DNA of 62,787 bases from a virus (lineage: Duplodnaviria; Caudoviricetes): the IMG/VR virus record IMGVR_UViG_3300028585_000025, positions 1 to 62,787 of that record; one strand, written 5' to 3'. The notes beneath the pieces were generated by a model. It was not told where the DNA came from and searched no databases. It worked only from the letters and a program-made list of their open reading frames with translations. The translations under genes were made by a program, and so were the position numbers. Below are positions 1 through 9,068 of the stretch, in pieces. Positions within the stretch are counted from its first letter, which is position 1; each line of letters starts with the position of its first letter.

Positions 1-3
1 ATC

Positions 4-192
4 ATGCCAATAGTTCACAATGCTGAAATTACCAGCGTCGATATCCCTACTTTTATGCAAGCCCTTGATGAGCGAGCAAAAGAGCGGATGCGTTTTAAGA
101 TCGTCGGCTATAAATTAATCGTTCGTGATATCAGTGAAATCATGAAAGTGCGACAATGTAACTTACTGGGGGTTCCCGATGGGCAAAGTTAA
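4..192 (+). CDS. hypothetical protein
   Basis: 62-aa ORF overlapping the next start; no recognisable motif. Confidence 0.5.
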   Translation: MPIVHNAEITSVDIPTFMQALDERAKERMRFKIVGYKLIVRDISEIMKVRQCNLLGVPDGQS

Positions 193-448
193 AGAGCAGT
201 TCTACCGTAAGCGTACTACGGTTGGTGAAGTATTACGGGAAGAGTTTATGATCCCGCTTAAACTTTCTGTGCGTCAATGCGCAAAGAAAGTCGACGTAGG
301 GGCAGCAACGATTTCTCGTCTGATCAATGGACGGTGTCGTATTTCTAAACCCACTGCTGAAAAGCTGGGTAAAGCGTTCGATACCGGACCCGACTTTTGG
401 ATGGGATTTGCGGATAATAAAACCAACCCGTATCCTACCAATTACTGA
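179..448 (+). CDS. higA: HigA-like XRE helix-turn-helix (antitoxin-type) protein
   Basis: GEVLREEFMIPLKLS...A...V....ISRLING...IS...A.KLGKAF.T.PDFWM matches the HigA/VapI antidote pattern. Confidence 0.8.
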   Translation: MGKVKEQFYRKRTTVGEVLREEFMIPLKLSVRQCAKKVDVGAATISRLINGRCRISKPTAEKLGKAFDTGPDFWMGFADNKTNPYPTNY

Positions 449-516
449 CATAAACAAACTTCCTCTCTGATCGTATGGTGACAATCTGTCGCCCTCCGAG
501 CAATAGAGGTAAATTT

Positions 517-810
517 ATGTCAGTCGACGTCGGATTCAATGTATCGGATCAAGCCATTATTGACGCCATCCTTGACTATACCCGTAAGCACACCGATCCT
601 TGTCCTTTGAAGTATGATCCCGATGCAACCGGGCTCGACAAACAAAAGCAAGATGATCGGTTGCTACGCTGGTTTCAAGATACCCGCTCTGTCCTTGACT
701 TTGTTGGCAAGCGACCTGGCTTCTCGGGGCTTAACGTATTGAAAATTGCGGTAGCCGCAATGGAAAGAGACATCATTACTCAAAGCGGCGATTCAATACC
801 TCCCCAATAA
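517..810 (+). CDS. hypothetical protein
   Basis: start moved to ATG 517 behind GAGGT RBS. Confidence 0.65.
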   Translation: MSVDVGFNVSDQAIIDAILDYTRKHTDPCPLKYDPDATGLDKQKQDDRLLRWFQDTRSVLDFVGKRPGFSGLNVLKIAVAAMERDIITQSGDSIPPQ

Positions 811-843
811 TTTGATAGTAGAAAAAGAATAAAGGTTACACAC

Positions 844-1053
844 ATGCAATTGAGTGAGTTAGTTAATCGCGTACGTCCTGGTGATCTGATTGCCAATACT
901 TCCTGGTCAGAGGGTAAAACCTTTACTGTATCCACCGAGTTTATGAAACATCATACCGGTCGTGGTTTTGATGTAACAGAACGCAACTCATGTCCTGATG
1001 GGACATGGGATGGATGGGAGTTGGTTAATCGTTACCAGAACGGTAAGCACTAA
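844..1053 (+). CDS. hypothetical protein
   Basis: ORF with AAGG RBS in co-oriented gene run. Confidence 0.6.
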   Translation: MQLSELVNRVRPGDLIANTSWSEGKTFTVSTEFMKHHTGRGFDVTERNSCPDGTWDGWELVNRYQNGKH

Positions 1054-1083
1054 CCGTAACCCTGAAGTGTAAGAGGAAGTAAA

Positions 1084-1491
1084 ATGATCTTTATTACCGA
1101 TGCTAAGGAAAACGACGACTTTAACGACGACATTCGCAATAAGGTTGTTGAAACGTTACCGGAAGATGACGACGGGGTTGCCCACATCTACGAGTTCACT
1201 GATAATGCTGAAGAGGATCCTTTCTCTGGTTATCTGGTTCTCGGTTCACCAACGCTTGTGTATCACATGGTACGCACAACGAAGGATGATGAAGGTGAAA
1301 CACAATATGGTTTCATTGGTACTTATATACCAACCGTAGACGGCAGTATTATGCCTGATAACGGTCTTGGTCAGAATCTCAGTGACTCAATTGGGTCGCG
1401 TACCTCTGAACTTGAAACCACCATGCGCGCATTTCATCGTAAGGTGCTTGAGCGCTTAGGTCAACCTGTGCCCGGTAGTGGAAGTATCTAA
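1084..1491 (+). CDS. hypothetical protein, paralog of 2566..2964
   Basis: GAGGA RBS; shared PF.G.LV..P.L.Y and A.H..VL blocks. Confidence 0.7.
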   Translation: MIFITDAKENDDFNDDIRNKVVETLPEDDDGVAHIYEFTDNAEEDPFSGYLVLGSPTLVYHMVRTTKDDEGETQYGFIGTYIPTVDGSIMPDNGLGQNLSDSIGSRTSELETTMRAFHRKVLERLGQPVPGSGSI

Positions 1492-1497
1492 ATAACT

Positions 1498-1527
1498 GAG
1501 GAGGGGTAACACCCTCCTCTTATGCCG
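1498..1527 (+). terminator. hairpin + TTATGCCG element
   Basis: gaggagggg-taac-accctcctc then ttatgccg. Confidence 0.75.
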
Positions 1528-1599
1528 TGTGTTTTCACGCTTTGTTGAAAGATACATAACCGCTCGTTTATATACACTCCGTAGAAAAGGAAGAGTAAC

Positions 1600-2562
1600 A
1601 TGTCTGATCAAACTGAAGCTAAGCAAGAATACCCAACTCAGGTGTTTGTAACCATCGCTGGTAACCACCCAATGGCAGAAGCGGCACTGGGGTCGGTGCT
1701 GTCCACGTTCTTCAATGACCTGGGCGTTGCCGGTCGTCGTCAGGATGCCAAAGTATTCGATGCTAAATATGCAGTCGATACTGTAAATGGACTGGCTGCT
1801 AATCAGCAAAATACCATCAACATCATGACTTCTCCATTGACCATGGAGTCAATGCGTGGCGAATACAAAGAATGGGATTGGCCAACCTGGGGCGATGCAT
1901 CTCAGCCGTGGACGGCTCTGGTAAATGACAGCCTGCGTAACATGTGGTCAATGTTCACCAGTGCACAGAAGCGTGCGATCTACGAAAGCTTCAATGAACT
2001 GAACATCCAGGTAGAAGGTGAAGATGAGCCGCTGACACTGGAAAGCGCGCTGCGTATTGTGCACGAGGAATCTGAAACGTATGTTCGTTTCAACCCTAAC
2101 CGGGATCGTACTGCATTCGGCAATGCGACTGTTGATGGTTCATTCCTTGATCAGGCCGAACTGCAAGCGATCCTGTTTGTGCTGAACAACGCCGTTCCTG
2201 GCACTGATGAAGGCGATGACGAACCACGCCTGCGTCAGCAGCAGACTGAAGTAGTTGGTGACGTGCAGCCAGCGCCGGAACTGGAACAGGGTGATAACCC
2301 AGCACAGAACGGCGCACACGCTGCCCCTGAACTGCCAGACGGTCGCGAAGTCCCTGATGTTGATGCGCCGGTTGCCGACCCAGCAAGTCCTGAGCACAAC
2401 CCAGAACACATCAACTTGACTGATGGTGTGCCAACTGTCAAATCAACTGACCCGGTACTGGCGCCTGTTTCAAACGCTGAACCGACCGATGCATTAACAC
2501 TCGCTGAGCCGCCAACATCTGGCTCTGTTGTTCAACCTTCACGTGACTCAGTAGAGGACTAA
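1600..2562 (+). CDS. hypothetical protein with acidic Pro-rich disordered C-terminus
   Basis: 320-aa ORF with RBS; D/E/P-rich last third. Confidence 0.75.
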   Translation: MSDQTEAKQEYPTQVFVTIAGNHPMAEAALGSVLSTFFNDLGVAGRRQDAKVFDAKYAVDTVNGLAANQQNTINIMTSPLTMESMRGEYKEWDWPTWGDASQPWTALVNDSLRNMWSMFTSAQKRAIYESFNELNIQVEGEDEPLTLESALRIVHEESETYVRFNPNRDRTAFGNATVDGSFLDQAELQAILFVLNNAVPGTDEGDDEPRLRQQQTEVVGDVQPAPELEQGDNPAQNGAHAAPELPDGREVPDVDAPVADPASPEHNPEHINLTDGVPTVKSTDPVLAPVSNAEPTDALTLAEPPTSGSVVQPSRDSVED

Positions 2563-2565
2563 ACC

Positions 2566-2964
2566 ATGCTACCCATCTCTGAACCTATCTCCATCTTTGA
2601 TGTACAGAACGTGCGTTTGACTGAAGAGCTTCAAGAGCACTTCCGTAAAGACCTCAACGAAGCAGATAAGATCCATTCGGTCTATGCGTTCAAAGATGGG
2701 TCGCGGTTTATCAAACCTTTTAATGGGTTCCTGGTCGTAACAGGCCCTGTCCTGCAGTATCAGTTGTATCGTGGTAATGAAGCGATTACTGCTGAATGGG
2801 TCGGGGCTTTTGCTTACGATGGTGAAGGCAATGCAATCATCCCTGATGAAATGCGAACGGTATTCAGTGATGTTGATCGTTCTCGTGTTGCACAGTGGAA
2901 AACACTTGCGCAGGCGTTACACTTCGCTGTGTTGCAGGATGTTAAACTGGGGTCGTTCAAATGA
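2566..2964 (+). CDS. hypothetical protein, paralog of 1084..1491
   Basis: GAGGA RBS; shared motif blocks. Confidence 0.7.
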   Translation: MLPISEPISIFDVQNVRLTEELQEHFRKDLNEADKIHSVYAFKDGSRFIKPFNGFLVVTGPVLQYQLYRGNEAITAEWVGAFAYDGEGNAIIPDEMRTVFSDVDRSRVAQWKTLAQALHFAVLQDVKLGSFK

Positions 2965-3695
2965 AAGATTCTTTGTATTCGGATTTACCAGAAGGGTGTT
3001 ATCCGCCTCTCCCGCCTGCTAAAGGTGGTATCTTCCTACGGGAAGGTAATAAAGAAGCCGTTCCACTGGTGTCGTGGAATCATGTTTTCGAAGCCACTCA
3101 TCAACTACCATCCAAGGCTATTCCTAACGAACGAGCATTTATTGCGTTAGCGCATGTGGTGTATGTTTGGAAAGACCGTATGTGGCACGAGGACAAAGAA
3201 GCCAAGCAGCACATTGATCGTTGTGTTCTGGCTGGTAATTTCAATGTCCTTGATATCAACTACATCGACGTACCAGACCCTTCCGAAGAAGCGGGCATTA
3301 CGTACAGTAGCAAAGATCGTCGTGAGTGGACTATCGGCAACTGGATTGCTCACTTAGGTGGTCGCATTAACAATGCTGGTTATTTGGAGTTCGGCAGTAT
3401 CTACGCGTTCAACATGATGATTACGCAGATGCGTCGTGCGGACTACAAGGGCAGTGAAGAGAAGATGCGGATCACTATCGACGGCGGCGATAACAACATG
3501 AAAGTGGCGCTGGCTTCCATGTTGCTTGGCTCTATGGTTGGAGCGGATTGCAATTGCAATACTGGTTCTAATCTTAATGAACTGGTTGATCAAGTCAATG
3601 TACGTAGCACTGATGCCGACGCACTTGACCGACTGGCAAGCAGCATCAAAGATACAGAAGTGATTGTAGACGTCCTACCTTTACTGCGGAGATAA
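2961..3695 (+). CDS. hypothetical protein
   Basis: 244-aa ORF with ATGA overlap. Confidence 0.7.
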   Translation: MKDSLYSDLPEGCYPPLPPAKGGIFLREGNKEAVPLVSWNHVFEATHQLPSKAIPNERAFIALAHVVYVWKDRMWHEDKEAKQHIDRCVLAGNFNVLDINYIDVPDPSEEAGITYSSKDRREWTIGNWIAHLGGRINNAGYLEFGSIYAFNMMITQMRRADYKGSEEKMRITIDGGDNNMKVALASMLLGSMVGADCNCNTGSNLNELVDQVNVRSTDADALDRLASSIKDTEVIVDVLPLLRR

Positions 3696-3697
3696 TC

Positions 3698-4717
3698 ATG
3701 AGCGATTATAAACCGTTAGCCCCAATCGCCAGTAACAAGGCAGGTAAAGACGCGTACACCGGTCAACCTACTATTGATTACATGGCGTTTGAAAAGAGTG
3801 GACTTGATGAGTTGCTGGCATTGTACCCAACGCATACTCTGTTCATTCGTAATCTGGATGCTGCACCGGATTACTATTCATTAATACCAATGGACGTGCT
3901 GGAAGCGAAAGAGTTTCCACTGGTATTATCTGTCATTGGCCCTGTTGATCGTGAGATGAAACATATCGTCTTAGAGGCAGCGGGGATTATTGAAATTCAA
4001 GCGCTTAGCGCACTTCTTAAGCAAAACGAGCAAGAAGCAAAACAGGGTAACTTTTTAATGACAACCGACAACACTAACGTGAATTACTTCGAACTGATTC
4101 GTGACTGGGGCAAGGCCCGTAACATCATCGGCGGTGGGTCTACGCCAATCGACCAGTTCATCAAAGGCATGACCGAAGCCTCTGAAGCATGGGGTAACAT
4201 CCTGGGTGGTCAAACTGATAAACTGAAAGATGACATCGGTGACACACTGGTTTGTCTGACACAGTCTTACGGCATCATCGATAGTACCAAGATCGAAGAA
4301 GCTGCTGCTGACCTGGGTCCATGGCTACAGAACGCCCGTGTCGAATATCAGAACCACGGCGAGTGGGCCGACAAACGTCTGGCGCTGTCTATCCTGCGTA
4401 AGCTTGGTAATATCTCTCTGGAGATTGAAGTGGCGCAGTTCGAACCTGATCACCACAGACCAAGCGAACTGCTGGATGATACCGCAGACCTGATCGCTGA
4501 TCTGGTTGTGCTGGCTGAATCCAAAGGCTGGACACTGCAGGAGTGCCTGGAAGAAGCCTACAACGACATCAAAGACCGTAAAGGCGTGATGTTTAATGGC
4601 GGGTTCGTTAAAGAAGCGAGCTTGACTGTTGATCGCGCGAAAGAGATGTTAGCATCCGGCGATGTCGGTGGTGTCGGTGCAGAATACCTGAACGGCTATA
4701 TCGCAGCTAATAGCTGA
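3698..4717 (+). CDS. MazG-like all-alpha NTP pyrophosphohydrolase with N-terminal extension
   Basis: IRDWGKARNI..QFIKGMTEASE..LKDDIGDTLV..LQECLEEAYNDIKDRKG.M.NG.FVKE is the phage MazG-like pattern. Confidence 0.75.
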   Translation: MSDYKPLAPIASNKAGKDAYTGQPTIDYMAFEKSGLDELLALYPTHTLFIRNLDAAPDYYSLIPMDVLEAKEFPLVLSVIGPVDREMKHIVLEAAGIIEIQALSALLKQNEQEAKQGNFLMTTDNTNVNYFELIRDWGKARNIIGGGSTPIDQFIKGMTEASEAWGNILGGQTDKLKDDIGDTLVCLTQSYGIIDSTKIEEAAADLGPWLQNARVEYQNHGEWADKRLALSILRKLGNISLEIEVAQFEPDHHRPSELLDDTADLIADLVVLAESKGWTLQECLEEAYNDIKDRKGVMFNGGFVKEASLTVDRAKEMLASGDVGGVGAEYLNGYIAANS

Positions 4718-4730
4718 TTCTAAAACATCT

Positions 4731-4756
4731 GTCACCTACATTACCAAAGGGATAGT
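4731..4756 (+). promoter_or_regulatory. putative early (virion RNAP) promoter
   Basis: CCTACATTAC core (TACATTAC at 4737-4744); downstream G-G-G instead of GTG. Confidence 0.55.
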
Positions 4757-4779
4757 GAAAGCTATCCCTTCTATGCCCG
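4747..4779 (+). terminator. hairpin + CTATGCC element
   Basis: aagggatag-tgaaag-ctatccctt then ctatgccc. Confidence 0.6.
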
Positions 4780-4799
4780 TTATAAATCGAGGATTAGAA

Positions 4800-5180
4800 A
4801 TGAAACAACTTGCCCCTAATGTTAATGTTATCTCTGTGAACTTACGTTTCTCTGCTACACAGATGGAGATCTATGCCAAGTTTATCACCGACGCAGTAAC
4901 CGCTGGTAAGAAGATCTTTATCTTTGCCGACAGAGAAGCTCGTGTGAAGGTGAAAGAACTCTTTCCTAAGTTCATGGGTATCGACGTATTGGAAAAGATA
5001 AACGTCAATGCATATCCCGCTAATGAACTGACTGCACTCAATGTTGGTCGTGGTATCTCTAACATGTCGGCTATCTTCATTAGCGAGACTGGTCGCTATA
5101 CCGAACAGATCGCCAAGACAGCTGCTGCTACCAAAGATCACGACGTATTGATCGTTGAATGCAATAAGGTAGCCGCGTAA
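4800..5180 (+). CDS. hypothetical protein
   Basis: ATG 4800 after GAGGA RBS; alpha/beta pattern. Confidence 0.65.
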   Translation: MKQLAPNVNVISVNLRFSATQMEIYAKFITDAVTAGKKIFIFADREARVKVKELFPKFMGIDVLEKINVNAYPANELTALNVGRGISNMSAIFISETGRYTEQIAKTAAATKDHDVLIVECNKVAA

Positions 5181-5524
5181 TGCTGAACGTCAGAAGTGTT
5201 TGGCAAGATCTGTGGATGACTATCCTTGTACTGGGTAGTTGGTTACTGTACATCATCTGTGTAGGTTGGCGCGGTTACTTCTTCCCAGAGAAGACCGTTA
5301 TCAATAACGATGCCGATTTGGCTGAACTGAAAAAGAACCTTTACAACCGCGATGCCTTCGAAGTATTGGATACCGTAATTGCTAATACGGAATGTCTGTA
5401 TCCAATCACCTTTAAAGAAGGCACGCATTGGTTCTTTGCTGTAGATCTCTTTTCCGCCGAGAACGCGAAGTGTTGTTCTAAGTCAGGACTGAAGAGTAAA
5501 GTAAAAACGATCGATTTGAAGTAG
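5180..5524 (+). CDS. membrane-anchored hypothetical protein
   Basis: N-terminal hydrophobic helix LWMTILVLGSWLLYIICVGW; TAATG coupling. Confidence 0.65.
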   Translation: MLNVRSVWQDLWMTILVLGSWLLYIICVGWRGYFFPEKTVINNDADLAELKKNLYNRDAFEVLDTVIANTECLYPITFKEGTHWFFAVDLFSAENAKCCSKSGLKSKVKTIDLK

Positions 5525-5582
5525 TAGTGTTAATGTTCACCCACCCGTCCGTAAATGACAATTGTGTCATTAGGAGATTAAA

Positions 5583-6287
5583 ATGTCCGATACACCAAGA
5601 GTAGTTATTGCAGCGAAATCAACGAAGTTAGATATTCACTTTAATGGAACTGACGAGAGTCCGCAACGTAGTTTGCAGTTCTCACTCAGCAATGAGAATC
5701 TGCATTCAGTCGCCAGGCTATTATTTATGCGTCAGCTCGGGTTCAATGATATCCCGGAAACCAAAGCTGTAATTCCTTTCAAACACACGTGTAATGGCAC
5801 GGTGGTAGAAAGCAAATCTCCGTTCACGTGGTCGCTCAATGACGGCGTGATCAATTTTAACCTCGATAAGAACATCTTCGTTCATCATCAATGGGCATGT
5901 CATGCTGATCTGGTAGTACCTGTCCTTACCCATGAGTTAAACATCGGTATCCATTATGCATTTGCCGGCAGACTGAAAGACCATCCATCTGTCTTTGCGT
6001 ATAAGTACACGCATGTAAATCGGGATACCGAGATGGTTCTGTTGACCGATCGCAGATCGTTCTACGTAGTGCTCGCCAGCAGTGATCTAGCTGGCCATGG
6101 CTGGTATTCGATGTTCGGATACAACAAAGAGATGGTGCATCCTGATTGGAACGCCATGCGATCAAAAGAATTCCGTAGCGAGCAAGCCAAGTTATGCGAC
6201 AAATACGGATTTATGGTTAGACAATACATATCTGTTGATAACTTTATTACTGATGGAGTAATCGCAGACAGCATCGATAACCAGTAA
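5583..6287 (+). CDS. hypothetical protein
   Basis: AGGAG RBS; 234 aa. Confidence 0.7.
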   Translation: MSDTPRVVIAAKSTKLDIHFNGTDESPQRSLQFSLSNENLHSVARLLFMRQLGFNDIPETKAVIPFKHTCNGTVVESKSPFTWSLNDGVINFNLDKNIFVHHQWACHADLVVPVLTHELNIGIHYAFAGRLKDHPSVFAYKYTHVNRDTEMVLLTDRRSFYVVLASSDLAGHGWYSMFGYNKEMVHPDWNAMRSKEFRSEQAKLCDKYGFMVRQYISVDNFITDGVIADSIDNQ

Positions 6288-6355
6288 TCAACCTGGGGAG
6301 GGGTATCCTTCCCCCATTTTACCTTATTCTAATTAATCATTTTGTGGAGTTCATC

Positions 6356-6769
6356 ATGTATCGCTCTCGTGCACAACTCATCGCTGACCGTATCAAAGAA
6401 GTTCTGGCAGGTAAACCTGTTGCTATTAGTGACATTCAATTCGAAACCACTAAAGATGCGTCGTTTGGCCCTGTCAAGATTGTCATGTTTAACTGGAAGG
6501 TCGCAGACAACGACCTCACTGCCGAAATGACAGAACGTGAAGTCCTGGGCATCCTTGCCCAAGATAACATCTATGTCGCTTTCCACAAGACCCGTCGTCA
6601 TGAAGGCGAACGGCTTATCACGGCCACCCTGCCAAGCCAGCCAGGTCACCCTAACTTTAACATGGGTAACTTACAGGGTTTTACACGTATGTGGCTGATT
6701 GAAGCAACGGGTGCTGACAAAAACAAACGCCCTTCTCACCACGATATTACCGCAACCATTCGTCGCTAG
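6356..6769 (+). CDS. hypothetical protein
   Basis: start moved to ATG 6356 behind GGAG. Confidence 0.7.
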   Translation: MYRSRAQLIADRIKEVLAGKPVAISDIQFETTKDASFGPVKIVMFNWKVADNDLTAEMTEREVLGILAQDNIYVAFHKTRRHEGERLITATLPSQPGHPNFNMGNLQGFTRMWLIEATGADKNKRPSHHDITATIRR

Positions 6770-6777
6770 GGTTAACA

Positions 6778-7503
6778 ATGGCCATTGATAAACATCAGTT
6801 ACTCGGTGTGTTACTAAATGACTTCACTGATATGTACATGATACAACTGAACAACCACAGTCGTGAAGCCAGCATCGATGAGCTGAATTCAGGAATGTGT
6901 GGTGTTGCTGCAATGTGTGTGGGTAATGTCATGCGTGAGCGTTATGGCGTTACTGAGATCGATTGGGAGTCACACTGTTTGCATATGTGGCTGGTATTAG
7001 ATGGTAAGCGTTACGACACGTTGTATCCAGAAGGGTATAGCGAGGAAGTCGTTGATGCGTGGTTACTGAAGATGCAGCACTACAACAGTAATGTCATGGT
7101 AGGTGGGAGTGTTATCGATATTGAGGATAACAGCGGTTATGTTGCCGGTGGTTGGTGGGATTGCCTCTATCTCATCAAAGGCTGGTATGAACGTTACGGT
7201 ATGTCACCTCCTGCTTACGTTAAGCGCATGATGGCCAACTTACGTGGTAACCACCTACACCGCCAAGAACGTCGCGCAGAGCGCCGCTACCAGCTCGTAC
7301 TGAAGGCCCCGCTTCCTTCACCTACCGATGAGGTCCGTACCAACAACGTCTTACCGATGACACATTACTGGCACGGTGAGTTCGAGGGTAATCAGAATCG
7401 TGTATTAGCACGCAAACCTGGTATGCCGGCTGTGAACGTCTATAAAAGCTTATTGAAGTATTACCGTGAGAAAGGTGTTCCTATCACGCAGTACTTCTGT
7501 TAA
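6778..7503 (+). CDS. putative transglutaminase/papain-like Cys-His-Asp enzyme, paralog of 13540..14082
   Basis: NSGMCGVAA...HMWL.LDG..YD. Confidence 0.55.
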   Translation: MAIDKHQLLGVLLNDFTDMYMIQLNNHSREASIDELNSGMCGVAAMCVGNVMRERYGVTEIDWESHCLHMWLVLDGKRYDTLYPEGYSEEVVDAWLLKMQHYNSNVMVGGSVIDIEDNSGYVAGGWWDCLYLIKGWYERYGMSPPAYVKRMMANLRGNHLHRQERRAERRYQLVLKAPLPSPTDEVRTNNVLPMTHYWHGEFEGNQNRVLARKPGMPAVNVYKSLLKYYREKGVPITQYFC

Positions 7504-7534
7504 TTAACCGTCCATTTGTTAAGAAGGAAAAGTT

Positions 7535-8323
7535 ATGACTCTGAAGAGCAACGAACAACTCAACGCAGAATCCCCTGAACTGCGCGATGTTATCGTGGTT
7601 GTCGATGGACTGAATGTCCTTGATCTCAACATTGCGCCTGGTGCACGCGCACCACGTTACAGTGTACAGTTATCCGGCGACATGGGCGTAACCCCCAACG
7701 GAATGCGGGCGGTATACGGACATGCAGCACAGGTACTGAATTACCTTATTGAAAAGGGTTTCTCAGCACATGCCAATGTATCGCGCGATGATCTGGATAA
7801 CGACATTGCTCACGCAACCTCGCTTATGAAGCAAGCGGTTGCGGCCCTGACCACCGCCGGCGAAGATATCTCGCTGCATTGTCACGCACTATCTATTTGG
7901 GTGACTACCTGTGATTTTAATCTGACTGAGATGCGTCTGCTCAGCGGCGAAGCAATGGATAAGGTAGAGTTCCTGCTGGAACAACCTGCCGAGCCATCTG
8001 ATGCGTTAACAGAGTTGATGACCCGTAAGCGTAAAAACCTGGTACGTGAAGACCTGGGTGAAACAACACCGGTAACGACATCGCTGGGCACCACCACGAC
8101 CATCATGATTGGTGATGAACTGCATGTGCGCCGTGAGTTTAACGATGAAGATGGTGAAGCGATCATTGTCTGGATTCCATCCGAACTGAACCAGGGTATC
8201 AACAACTGGAACGACGTGGATAAAGACAAGCTCAGTTTCCATGGCGGCGCATCAGAAGGTCATCCGACCTTTATCCTCAACCGTCATGCGGTCAAGGGTA
8301 ATGCTGATCAGTCGCCTGTTTAG
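7535..8323 (+). CDS. hypothetical protein
   Basis: AAGGA RBS; 262 aa. Confidence 0.7.
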   Translation: MTLKSNEQLNAESPELRDVIVVVDGLNVLDLNIAPGARAPRYSVQLSGDMGVTPNGMRAVYGHAAQVLNYLIEKGFSAHANVSRDDLDNDIAHATSLMKQAVAALTTAGEDISLHCHALSIWVTTCDFNLTEMRLLSGEAMDKVEFLLEQPAEPSDALTELMTRKRKNLVREDLGETTPVTTSLGTTTTIMIGDELHVRREFNDEDGEAIIVWIPSELNQGINNWNDVDKDKLSFHGGASEGHPTFILNRHAVKGNADQSPV

Positions 8324-8335
8324 TAAATAAGTAAT

Positions 8336-8411
8336 AGACAGCGTAATCATATGCGATAAGGGGGTCTGGTGAAAGCCATATCCCTTTACGGATTATGCTG
8401 TCTTTTTTTTT
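8336..8411 (+). terminator. long compound hairpin ending TTATGCTG + T-tract
   Basis: agacagcgtaatc pairs with gattatgctgtct; inner aaggggg/tcccttt stem; followed by a T run. Confidence 0.7.
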
Positions 8412-8495
8412 GGTTAAGAAATACTAGCTATCACCATTATATGTCATTTAGTTTTCACATTGTAAAACTTTCACACATTGCAGAAGAGATATCAC

Positions 8496-8639
8496 ATGTC
8501 ACAACCTGAAGAATTTGATCTGGACGGTCTGGAATCACTGGATCTGGAAGGCGCTGAGAAAGCAGCAGAAGAGAAAGGCGCAGGCGGCGGTGAAGCCCTG
8601 GGCGACGGCGAAGCGGATTGCGAAGGTTGCAAGATCTAA
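8496..8639 (+). CDS. 47-aa acidic peptide with C-terminal CxxC-K-I (RNR alpha C-terminal tail-like)
   Basis: own translation MSQPEEFDLDGLESLDLEGAEKAAEEKGAGGGEALGDGEADCEGCKI; GAAGAG upstream; biased codons; below ORF-track cutoff. Confidence 0.75.
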   Translation: MSQPEEFDLDGLESLDLEGAEKAAEEKGAGGGEALGDGEADCEGCKI

Positions 8640-8693
8640 AATGACGTGATGTGACCAGGGGTTGATAAGGGATCAACTAACCGAGGAAGCATC

Positions 8694-8993
8694 ATGAACA
8701 TTTATCTTGTCAAGCTTAAGTCCGAGCCTCGTTACACCCCAGACTCGTTCATTGCTGCAGCGACATCAACAGAGCAAGTTCTATCAATACATCCTGCTTA
8801 TTTTAAAGGTCGACATACTCGTGTCTGTTTTGATGCAGAGATGGCGAAACTTTGGGAATGTGAATCGTCTGATCGCACCATGGACCATCAATGGACAACA
8901 GATAGAAACAATCTTGAGGTTATTTATTTAGGTCAGGCTGCGATTGAGTTTACCGAACCTACAATCGTTGAGATGTGGTACGGTTACTGTTGA
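8694..8993 (+). CDS. hypothetical protein
   Basis: GAGGA RBS; 99 aa. Confidence 0.7.
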   Translation: MNIYLVKLKSEPRYTPDSFIAAATSTEQVLSIHPAYFKGRHTRVCFDAEMAKLWECESSDRTMDHQWTTDRNNLEVIYLGQAAIEFTEPTIVEMWYGYC

Positions 8994-9000
8994 TCATACT

Positions 9001-9027
9001 GGGAGGCTTTGGCCTCCCTTTATGCCG
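9001..9027 (+). terminator. hairpin + TTTATGCCG element
   Basis: gggagg-ctttgg-cctccc then tttatgccg. Confidence 0.75.
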
Positions 9028-9068
9028 GTTATCTTATGACTTGTCTGTAACAGGTCTTGAGGTAATGT

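Noticed and set aside
4-192. Possible HigB toxin upstream of the HigA-like gene
   Set aside because: Too short and no RelE/HigB motif visible
4755-4799. Longer ORF-track starts (also 475, 9885, 16171, 18566, 27393, 41733, 42992)
   Set aside because: They overlap promoters, terminators or upstream genes; downstream ATGs have better RBSs
8324-8495. tRNA or riboswitch in the structured intergenic region
   Set aside because: No T-loop GTTCGA or cloverleaf; explained by an extended terminator hairpin
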